This document shows, one piece after another, positions 54,576-64,000 of a DNA stretch of 64,000 nucleotides. Every line of letters starts with the position of its first letter. The stretch's first letter is position 1. Source of the DNA: an uncultured Gammaproteobacteria bacterium (GTDB lineage Bacteria; Pseudomonadota; Gammaproteobacteria; UBA9214). The notes beneath the pieces were generated by a model. That model was not told the origin of the DNA. It saw only the letters and a list, made by a program, of their open reading frames with translations, and made no database searches. The position numbers and the translations under genes are program-made. Location: NCBI GenBank assembly GCA_963748215.1, contig CAVVHS010000006.1, positions 608,001 to 672,000 of the forward strand, written 5' to 3'.

Positions 54576-55514
54576 TCAGGGTTCCGCTCCGGTACTGCCC
54601 TCCTCCTGCGGCTTGCTGACCATCAGGTCCGCCTTGCTCACACCCAGCGCCAGGGCGATCGCGCTTGCCACGTATACCGACGAATAGGTGCCGACCAGGA
54701 TGCCCAGGATCAGCGCCAGGGAGAAATTATGGATCGTTTCTCCGCCAAAATAGTACAGCGCCACCAGCACCAGCAACGTCGTCAGGCCCGTCATGATAGT
54801 GCGCGACATGGTCTGGTTGATGGCGGTATTTATGATATCGTATGAGCTGGCCTTGCGGATGCGGCGGAAATTCTCTCGAATACGGTCATAGACCACGATG
54901 GTGTCATTGAGCGAATAACCGATCACCGCCAGTATGGCCGCCAGGACCGTCAGGTCGAATTCGTACTGTAAGAACGAGAAGATCCCCAGAATAATAACCA
55001 CGTCGTGCGCGGTGGCTATGATGGCCCCCGGGGCAAAACGCCACTGGAAGCGCACGATAATATAGATAAAGATGCCGATCAGGGCATAGAGCATCGCCAG
55101 GCCGCCCTGCTCTGCCAGTTCCTTGCCGACCTGCGGACCGACGAATTCCACGCGGCGCATTTCGACGGCCGGGTTCTGTACCCGCAGGGCCTGCATGGCG
55201 GTCTCACTGAGTTGCGCGCTTTCCTTGCCGGGTTCCGGGGCGAGCCGGATCAGCACATCGGTGGAGGTACCGAAATGCTGCGCCTCGGCCTGCGGGAATC
55301 CGCCTTCGGCCAGCGTTGTGCGTATATCCTCGAGCACCACCGCTTCCGGATAACTGACCTCGAGCAGGGTGCCACCGGTGAAGTCGATACCGAAGTTCAG
55401 CCCGCGCGTGGCCAGCGACCAGACCGTCAGCAGCACCAGCAGGATGGATGTCGCGCCAACGATATAGCGTATCTTCAGGAAATCGACGTGATAGGTTTTC
55501 TTGAACATTTCCAT
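54576..55514 (-). CDS. secF: Protein translocase subunit SecF
   Basis: GIDFTGG, VGPQVG, GYSLNDTIVVYDRIRE. Confidence 0.98.
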   Translation of the reverse strand: MEMFKKTYHVDFLKIRYIVGATSILLVLLTVWSLATRGLNFGIDFTGGTLLEVSYPEAVVLEDIRTTLAEGGFPQAEAQHFGTSTDVLIRLAPEPGKESAQLSETAMQALRVQNPAVEMRRVEFVGPQVGKELAEQGGLAMLYALIGIFIYIIVRFQWRFAPGAIIATAHDVVIILGIFSFLQYEFDLTVLAAILAVIGYSLNDTIVVYDRIRENFRRIRKASSYDIINTAINQTMSRTIMTGLTTLLVLVALYYFGGETIHNFSLALILGILVGTYSSVYVASAIALALGVSKADLMVSKPQEEGSTGAEP

Positions 55515-55533
55515 GATGGTCGTCCTCGCGCCG

Positions 55534-57387
55534 CTAGATCATGAGCCGGGCGTTGCGGCGCCCGCCGTACAACAGGTTGATGACCGCGCGCGTTCCCATG
55601 ATCGCGGTGAACATGGATGTGAGAATGCCGATGGAGAGCGTCACGGCGAAGCCCTTGACCGGGCCGGTACCGAAACTGAGCAACACGACAGCGGCGATCA
55701 GGGTGGTGATATTGGCATCGGCAATGGTCGAGAAGGCCTTCTCGTAGCCGGCCTGGATACTGGCCTGCGGGCTGTTGCCGTTGCGCAGTTCCTCCCGGAT
55801 GCGCTCGAAGATGAGCACGTTTGCATCGACCGCCATACCCACGGTAAGCACGATACCGGCGATACCCGGCAGCGTAAGCGTTGCCTGCAGCATCGACAGC
55901 ACTGCCACGGTGAGTATCACGTTCAGGGCCAGCGCCAGGTTCGCGACCACGCCGAACACACGGTAGTACGCCGCCATGAATACCAGCACCAGACAGAAGC
56001 CGATCAGCACCGACTTGAAGCCCTGCTCGATGTTGTCCTTGCCCAGGCTCGGTCCAATGGTACGTTCCTCGATGATCTCGATCGGCGCAGCCAGTGCACC
56101 TGACCGGAGTACCAGCGCCAGCTCATGCGCCTCTTTCGGACTGTCCAGCCCCGTGGTCTGGAAACGCTTGCTGAACACTTCGCGGATGGTCGCAACACTG
56201 ACGACCTCCTCGACCTTGACGGCCTTCTTGACCGGCACACCGTCGACCAGCACGGTTTCCGTGCGGTTCTCGATAAATACCACGGCCATGGGCTTGCCGA
56301 CGCTCTCCTTGGTGAACTTCAGCATGCTCCTGGCACCCTTGGCGTCCAGGGTGACCGACACCATCGGTGACCCGCTTTGCGGATCGAAGCCGGAGCGGGC
56401 ATTGATGATCTGGTTGCCGGTCGCGATGACCGATTTCTTCAGCAATACCGGGGTGCCATCGCGCTCGTAGTACAATCGCGATCCCGCCGGCACCTTGCCG
56501 GCCACGGCCCGCTCGACGTCATGTTCGATGTCCACGGCACGGTATTCCAGTGTTGCCGTGGCACCGAGAATACGCTTGGCCTGGGCGGTATCCTGCACGC
56601 CGGGCAACTGCACGACGATACGCTGGCTGCCCTGCTGCTGGATCACGGGCTCGGCAACACCGAGCTCGTTTACGCGGTTGCGCAGGGTCAGGATATTCTG
56701 CTGCAGCGCAAAATCCTGGATCTCCCTGACCTCCTGCTCGGGCGGCCTGACCCTCAGGCCGGTCTTGCCTGCGTCGGCCAGAGGTTCGACGACCAGCGCG
56801 GGGAAATCCTTTTTGATGGCACTGCGCGCCGCATCGGCATCCTGCTGCTCCCTGAACTCGATACGTACCGAGGATTGCTCCGGGCGCAGCACGGTATAGC
56901 GCAACTTTGCCTCTCGCAGCAGGGTACGAAAGTCGTTCGCGTAACTTTCGAGTGCCTGCTTGAAGGCCGCGCCCATATCCACCTCGAGCAGGAAGTGCAC
57001 GCCGCCGCGCAGGTCCAGGCCCAGGTACATGGGCTGGGCATTCAGGCTTTGCAGCCAGGCAGGTGTCGTCGGCGCCAGATTGAGCGCCACGACATAGTCG
57101 TTGCCGAGGGTCGCCTTGACGAAATCAACCGCTTTCAGCTGGGTCTCGGTATCATCGAAGCGCACCAGTATCCGGCCGGCGTCGAGATCCGCCTGTTTCA
57201 CCGCAATGCCGGCCTTTTCCAGCGTGGCGGTCACACTGCGGATCACCGATTCATCGACCTCGGCCCTGCGCGTACCGGATATCTGCAGGGCAGGGTCCTC
57301 GCCAAACAGGTTGGGCAATGCATAGATCATACCCACCACCAGGACAAGGATGATGAGCAGGTATTTCCAGAGCGGGTACCGATTCAT
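55534..57387 (-). CDS. secD: Protein translocase subunit SecD
   Basis: LGLDLRGG, RVNELGVAEP, GMAVDANVLIFERIREE. Confidence 0.98.
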   Translation of the reverse strand: MNRYPLWKYLLIILVLVVGMIYALPNLFGEDPALQISGTRRAEVDESVIRSVTATLEKAGIAVKQADLDAGRILVRFDDTETQLKAVDFVKATLGNDYVVALNLAPTTPAWLQSLNAQPMYLGLDLRGGVHFLLEVDMGAAFKQALESYANDFRTLLREAKLRYTVLRPEQSSVRIEFREQQDADAARSAIKKDFPALVVEPLADAGKTGLRVRPPEQEVREIQDFALQQNILTLRNRVNELGVAEPVIQQQGSQRIVVQLPGVQDTAQAKRILGATATLEYRAVDIEHDVERAVAGKVPAGSRLYYERDGTPVLLKKSVIATGNQIINARSGFDPQSGSPMVSVTLDAKGARSMLKFTKESVGKPMAVVFIENRTETVLVDGVPVKKAVKVEEVVSVATIREVFSKRFQTTGLDSPKEAHELALVLRSGALAAPIEIIEERTIGPSLGKDNIEQGFKSVLIGFCLVLVFMAAYYRVFGVVANLALALNVILTVAVLSMLQATLTLPGIAGIVLTVGMAVDANVLIFERIREELRNGNSPQASIQAGYEKAFSTIADANITTLIAAVVLLSFGTGPVKGFAVTLSIGILTSMFTAIMGTRAVINLLYGGRRNARLMI

Positions 57388-57410
57388 AGTCTTCAGTTTC
57401 CTGTGCGGCC

Positions 57411-57737
57411 TTACAGCCCCTTGATGGTTCCCTTGGGCATGAGGTTTGCGACCGCATGACGCTGCACCTTGACGGTGACACCTTCGGTAACATCCAGTTC
57501 GATGAAATTGTCGCCCACTTTCGAAATACGGCCCAGCAGGCCGCCGTTGGTGACCACCTCGTCACCCTTGGCCAGAGCCTGGACCATCATCTTGTGCTCC
57601 TTCGCCTTCTTGGACTGCGGACGTATCAGCAGAAAGTAGAATACGACAAAGATAAAGATCAGCGGCAGAAAACTCATCAGGGCGTCACCCTGGCCCTGCG
57701 GCGCCGCCGCCAGTGCGTCATTAATAAAGAAATCCAT
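57411..57737 (-). CDS. yajC: Preprotein translocase subunit YajC
   Basis: FYFLLIRPQ, GDEVVTNGG. Confidence 0.97.
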   Translation of the reverse strand: MDFFINDALAAAPQGQGDALMSFLPLIFIFVVFYFLLIRPQSKKAKEHKMMVQALAKGDEVVTNGGLLGRISKVGDNFIELDVTEGVTVKVQRHAVANLMPKGTIKGL

Positions 57738-57816
57738 GTCTGCTCCTCAAAATCATGCGGTTCTGTTCGTCCGGAGGCGGCACCTGCTCATGCCGGCGAC
57801 CGGTCAAACCAGCGCA

Positions 57817-59973
<2,157 letters not shown>

Positions 59974-60073
59974 GGCGCGGCATGTTAGCACAGGATTTAG
60001 TGCCCGCCGCTTGCCCGTATGCCCGGATTCCCCGATACTAGCGGGCCTTGCCGGCAGCATGCCGGCACCCGAT

Positions 60074-60160
60074 GCCGAGGTGGTGAAACTGGTAGACGCA
60101 CTGGACTCAAAATCCAGCGGAGGCAACTCCATGCGGGTTCGATTCCCGCCCTCGGCACCA
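60074..60160 (+). tRNA. tRNA-Leu(CAA)
   Basis: GCCGAGGTGGTGAAACTGGTAGACGC...CTCAAAA..., long variable arm, CCA end. Confidence 0.97.
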
Positions 60161-60183
60161 CATCACCGGCCCGAAGCGGATAT

Positions 60184-60672
60184 TCAGCGCGACACGGGCA
60201 CCAGCCACGCAAACACGAGCGTCGCCAGCAACAGCGTCAGCAGCAGTGTTCGCGTGCGTCCGGATTTTGTGCTGTCATGCGGTTCGAGCCCCTGAAAACC
60301 GAACATGTAACTGTCGATCATGCGTAAGTTATCTTCGCGCCTGCGGTCAGTGCCGGCACGCCGTTCACTGGCAGCCGTATTGCACCGGGGACAGGTATCG
60401 CGCCGCCTGTCGGTGCTGCGTTCGTCGACCTGCATGCGTGCCTCGATGTAGCGCTGATAATCCTCCCAGCTGGACAGGTTCAGCATCTCGTGCGGCAGCA
60501 GCCCGGTCAGCACCCTGGCATCCGACCAGGACGAGCGGTCCCTGCTCAGCTCGTCCTCGAGACGTATGCGGCCGAGCAGGATGTGGCGGGTGACTTCTGC
60601 AGCCGGGAAAGGCCCGCGCACCACGCCTTCACGGCGTGTGTACCATTTGTCAGTGTCTCCCCGCCGTTTCAT
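60184..60672 (-). CDS. Hypothetical protein: GYF_2-like N-terminus, (D/E)RR-rich middle, C-terminal TM
   Basis: WYTRR...GPF...W pattern; DERSTDRR and ERRAGTDRR; hydrophobic C-terminus; 20 nt downstream of fliA. Confidence 0.7.
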   Translation of the reverse strand: MKRRGDTDKWYTRREGVVRGPFPAAEVTRHILLGRIRLEDELSRDRSSWSDARVLTGLLPHEMLNLSSWEDYQRYIEARMQVDERSTDRRRDTCPRCNTAASERRAGTDRRREDNLRMIDSYMFGFQGLEPHDSTKSGRTRTLLLTLLLATLVFAWLVPVSR

Positions 60673-60692
60673 GTGTGCGCCGCGTGCGGCCC

Positions 60693-61421
60693 TCAGTCAC
60701 TCAGCCATTCCCCCATGCGCGCGCGCAGGCGAATCAGCGCCTGGCCATGTATCTGGCAGACTCGCGATTCGCTGACGCCCAGGATTTCGCCGATCTCGCG
60801 CAGGTTCAGCTCCTCGTCGTAATACAGCGCCATCACCAGCCGCTCGCGTTCCGGCAAGCCCTTGATCTCGTCGGCAAGGCCCTGCTTGAAATCGCTCTTC
60901 TGCAGGTTTTCCAGGGGTTGATCGATATGCCGTCCGGACTGCGGCATCCCCTCTTCGCCCAGCATGCCGGGATCCTCGAAACTGAAAATACGGCAACCGG
61001 TCGAGTCCTGCAGGATCTTGTGATATTCCACGAGGCTGATGTCCATCACCTCGGCGACCTCGACATCACGCGCGTCCCGGCCCTTCTCGTTCTCTATCTT
61101 GCGCACTGCCTCGGCAACCTCCCGGGCCTTGCGATGTACCGAGCGGGGCGTCCAGTCGGTACGCCTGATCTCATCAAGCATGGCGCCGCGAATACGGATG
61201 CCGGCATAGGTTTCGAAGCTCGCACCCTGTTCGGGGTCGAATTTTCTGGAGGCCTCGATCAGCCCGATCATGCCGGCCTGGATCAGGTCGTCTGCCTGGA
61301 CACTGGCGGGCAACCGGCTCATCAAATGATAGGCGATCCGCTTGACCAGTGGTTCGTGCAATACAACCAGTTCGTTGCTTGATGCAAATTCAGCTGCCGC
61401 CTTAGCTGCGTTACCTTTCAT
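60693..61421 (-). CDS. fliA: Sigma-28 (FliA/WhiG family) RNA polymerase sigma factor
   Basis: LVKRIAYHL, DDLIQAGMIGL, RIRGAMLDE, DWTPRS, ESRVCQIH. Confidence 0.95.
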   Translation of the reverse strand: MKGNAAKAAAEFASSNELVVLHEPLVKRIAYHLMSRLPASVQADDLIQAGMIGLIEASRKFDPEQGASFETYAGIRIRGAMLDEIRRTDWTPRSVHRKAREVAEAVRKIENEKGRDARDVEVAEVMDISLVEYHKILQDSTGCRIFSFEDPGMLGEEGMPQSGRHIDQPLENLQKSDFKQGLADEIKGLPERERLVMALYYDEELNLREIGEILGVSESRVCQIHGQALIRLRARMGEWLSD

Positions 61422-62305
61422 GACCTCACCTCCATATCCCTGTTTTCGTTCTGAATGAGACGTTCAACAAAAAACTCGAGATGGCCGCCCGCATACTGCT
61501 GGCGCGGCCATTTCATGATCTGCCTGGCAAGATTCTTCAGTGCCATGGCGGAGCGACTGCGGGGAAACGCACTCAGTACGGTCTGGCGCTGTGCGATCGC
61601 ACGCTGCAGGCATTCATCGCGCGGCACGTAGCCGCAACAGGACAGCACCATGTCGTGATTGTCGTTAAAATGCCCGAATAGCCATGCAAACAGCTCGCCA
61701 GCCTCGGTCGCGGATGCGACCATGTTCGGCAATACATGGAAACGTGCGATCCCGTGCGCCCTGTACAGCGTGTCGATCAGCGCCACCGCGTCCCTGATCG
61801 AGGCCGGTTCGTTGCAAATCACCACCACGATATCGGTCGCCGCGCGACAGAAACTGGTGACGATCTCGGAGATTCCGGTTGCCGTGTCTATAACGAGTGC
61901 ATCGATCGGTTCGTCGAGGTCGCTGAATGCGCGCATCAGGCCCGTGCATTCATTCATGCCGAGTTCGGCGAGTTGCTTTTCCCCGGATGCGGCGGGTATC
62001 AGCCGCAAGCCGCCCGGGCCATTCGTCAGGATATCCCCGAGCGACTTGTTGCCATTGAGCACGTCATGCAGGGTGAACTCGACTTCGAGACCGAGCAGCG
62101 CATCGATATTCGCCATGCCGAGATCGGCATCCAGCAACAGGGTCCGCTGTCCCTCGCTGCTCAGCGCCTGCGCGACATTGAGGGCAATGCTGGACTTGCC
62201 GATGCCGCCCTTGCCGCCGGTGAACGCGATAACCTGTACCGGCGGATGCATGGCAGGTTTGACGGGGTCACCGCTGCGGCCAAGTTTGATATCAGCGAAC
62301 TGCAT
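61418..62305 (-). CDS. fleN: MinD-like ATPase FleN/FlhG
   Basis: GGKGGIGKS deviant Walker A, LLDADLGMAN, GHLEFFVERL C-terminal helix; ATGA overlap with fliA. Confidence 0.88.
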   Translation of the reverse strand: MQFADIKLGRSGDPVKPAMHPPVQVIAFTGGKGGIGKSSIALNVAQALSSEGQRTLLLDADLGMANIDALLGLEVEFTLHDVLNGNKSLGDILTNGPGGLRLIPAASGEKQLAELGMNECTGLMRAFSDLDEPIDALVIDTATGISEIVTSFCRAATDIVVVICNEPASIRDAVALIDTLYRAHGIARFHVLPNMVASATEAGELFAWLFGHFNDNHDMVLSCCGYVPRDECLQRAIAQRQTVLSAFPRSRSAMALKNLARQIMKWPRQQYAGGHLEFFVERLIQNENRDMEVRS

Positions 62306-62582
62306 GGTGTTTCCCGCGGCGGGTCTGGATAGAAAAGGTCATTTGCATCTGCGCTACCTGTTGCTGATTCAGGGATGAGTTCTGCATGCAACAGTGATAG
62401 CAACTTGCGTACCAACATCTCCGACAGACGACAAATGCGTCCGCTGTCGATATAACTACATGTATTAGAATGGAATTCTTTCTATCAGTTTGCGGGGGTA
62501 TTTTTCGGAATTACGTCACATTTTTGACTTTTTAGCCGGGAATGACAGCAAAATGACTTATTGACGCCGGCGGTGGGGATGT

Positions 62583-62709
62583 CTCGCCCGCATTTCTCAC
62601 CGGGCGGCTGTTGACGGACATAATGAATGAAATCATGAGAGTGATGCACATTCAGCAACAAACAATGTGTCATCGGGCGATGCCTATCCCGGTGAGAAAT
62701 GCGGACTAG
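62583..62709. mobile_element. Short-form MITE-like element (127 bp)
   Basis: CTCGCCCGCATTTCTCACCGGG ... CCCGGTGAGAAATGCGGACTAG; core nearly collinear with the 24987 copy. Confidence 0.9.
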
Positions 62710-62757
62710 CTTGCCTGGACGGCAAGCAACGGGACGGGGCAACCCGCGCAGGCAGGA

Positions 62758-63999
62758 CTACAGCGGCAAGCGGTCCGTACCGGAGATAAGCGAGGTGAAC
62801 AGATCTTCCGCCAGGGGACGGCTGATGTGGAAACCCTGGGCTGCATCACAACCCAGGCTGATCAGCAGGTCCCAGGCCCTGACATTCTCGACACCCTCGG
62901 CAACCACCTTGAAACCCAGGTTATGCCCGAGATCGATGATGGTACGGACGATCGCAACGTCCTGCTCGTCGAAGGCAATGTCCATGATGAAGGACTGGTC
63001 TATCTTGAGCGTGTCGATCGGCAGGGTTTTCAGGTAGGACAACGACGAATAGCCGGTACCGAAATCATCGATGGCAATCGTGATACCCATGTCATTCAGC
63101 CGGTTCAGTACTTCCGACGCACGCTCTATATCCTGCATGAGCGTGGCCTCGGTGATTTCGATCTCGAGGCAGTCACCCTCGACATCCGCCTCGCGCAATG
63201 CCCATTTGATCTTGTCGAACAGGCGCGGATTCTGGAAAGACCGGGCTGAAACGTTCACTGACACCGGGATGTCCAGCCCCTCGTGCTTCCACTGCCGGCA
63301 CTGCCGCAGTGCGGTAACGAGCACCCAGTCGGTAATCGGGGTAATCATGCCCAGTTGCTCGGCGACCGGAATGATGCGTTTCGGCATGACCGTTCCCTCG
63401 ACCGGGTGATCCCAGCGCAGCAGCGCCTCGGCGCCGACAATCCTGGATGTCTGCAGTTCGACCTGTGGCTGGTAATGGAGTGTGAACTCGTTGTTGTCGA
63501 TCGCCGCCCTGATCTGTCCGGAGTAATGCAATTGCTGGGCGGCAGTGACGTCGTTCGCCGGATCGTAGTACTGGTATGGCAGGCCGTTGCGTTTCGCCCT
63601 CTGCATTGCGCTCTCGGCATGGAGGAGCAGCGTTTCCTCGTTATCGCCATCACCGGGAAAGCAGGAGATGCCCAGTGTCAGACTGACCCACAACTGCTTC
63701 TCCTTGTAGGCAAAGGGGATATCGAAGGAATCCAGTATCTTGGTGATTACCCGTTCGGTCGCTTCGTTGATATTGTGTACCGGCTGCAACAGGATGCCGA
63801 ACTGGTCACCCCCCAGTCTCGACAGTGAGTCGGACTCCCGCACGATGGATTTCAGGCGTTCGGAAATATTCCTCAGCAGGATATCGCCGACATTACGACC
63901 CAGCGTATCGTTGTACATCTTGAACTGGTTGATATCGATAGAAATCACGACCACCTGTGAACCGGGCGCGCGACGCGCGGTAGCCAGGGCCATATTCAG
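62758..63999 (-). CDS. GGDEF-EAL protein, 5' end beyond the window; probable c-di-GMP phosphodiesterase
   Basis: Degenerate GGDQF with RESD I-site; intact EAL, EITE, DDFGTGYSS, KID, EGVE. Confidence 0.92.
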   Translation of the reverse strand: MNMALATARRAPGSQVVVISIDINQFKMYNDTLGRNVGDILLRNISERLKSIVRESDSLSRLGGDQFGILLQPVHNINEATERVITKILDSFDIPFAYKEKQLWVSLTLGISCFPGDGDNEETLLLHAESAMQRAKRNGLPYQYYDPANDVTAAQQLHYSGQIRAAIDNNEFTLHYQPQVELQTSRIVGAEALLRWDHPVEGTVMPKRIIPVAEQLGMITPITDWVLVTALRQCRQWKHEGLDIPVSVNVSARSFQNPRLFDKIKWALREADVEGDCLEIEITEATLMQDIERASEVLNRLNDMGITIAIDDFGTGYSSLSYLKTLPIDTLKIDQSFIMDIAFDEQDVAIVRTIIDLGHNLGFKVVAEGVENVRAWDLLISLGCDAAQGFHISRPLAEDLFTSLISGTDRLPL

Positions 64000-64000
64000 G

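Noticed and set aside
62500-62540. Sigma-28 promoter or CRP site upstream of fleN (AAATGTGACGTAATTCCGAAAA)
   Set aside because: Only one good CRP half-site, and the spacing does not fit TAAA-N15-GCCGATAA
62894-62906. CCCTCGGCAACCA resembling the 3' end of tRNA-Leu(CAA) as an island att site
   Set aside because: Short, imperfect, and explained by the conserved VVAEG codons of the EAL domain; no integrase present

Overview
A high-GC gammaproteobacterial core-genome segment; the lineage is inferred from gene order and proteins only. Gene order: msrB, a class V aminotransferase, a peptide-type ABC transporter, fabI, a dicarboxylate/amino-acid symporter, tig-clpP-clpX-lon-hupB-tRNAs-ppiD, a five-tRNA cluster, folD, cysS, ppi-lpxH, the long leuCDB-asd-fimV-truA-trpFBA-accD-folC-dedD-cvpA-purF-metZ run (with a SAM-II riboswitch before metZ), aroC/prmB, sco-PCuAC-psd, an ECF sigma/anti-sigma operon, suhB, queA-tgt-yajC-secDF, tRNA-Leu(CAA), and a detached fleN-fliA pair next to a GGDEF-EAL gene. 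The most unusual signal is non-coding. A family of CTAG-bounded miniature inverted-repeat elements (TIR CTAGCCCGCATTTCTCACCGGG) occurs six times: three ~128-bp short copies, two long copies sharing a 120-bp extra segment, and one solo end. It repeatedly sits on gene stop codons. One long copy carries three further nested insertions, two of them ~50-nt cassettes of GGA-loop hairpins resembling CsrA/RsmA-binding sites; a related 16-bp hairpin at 654-689 matches the CsrA SELEX consensus. Four genes (ABC substrate-binding protein, hupB, cysS, tgt) carry single +1 frameshifts, most likely sequencing errors. No transposase, CRISPR array or rRNA was seen.
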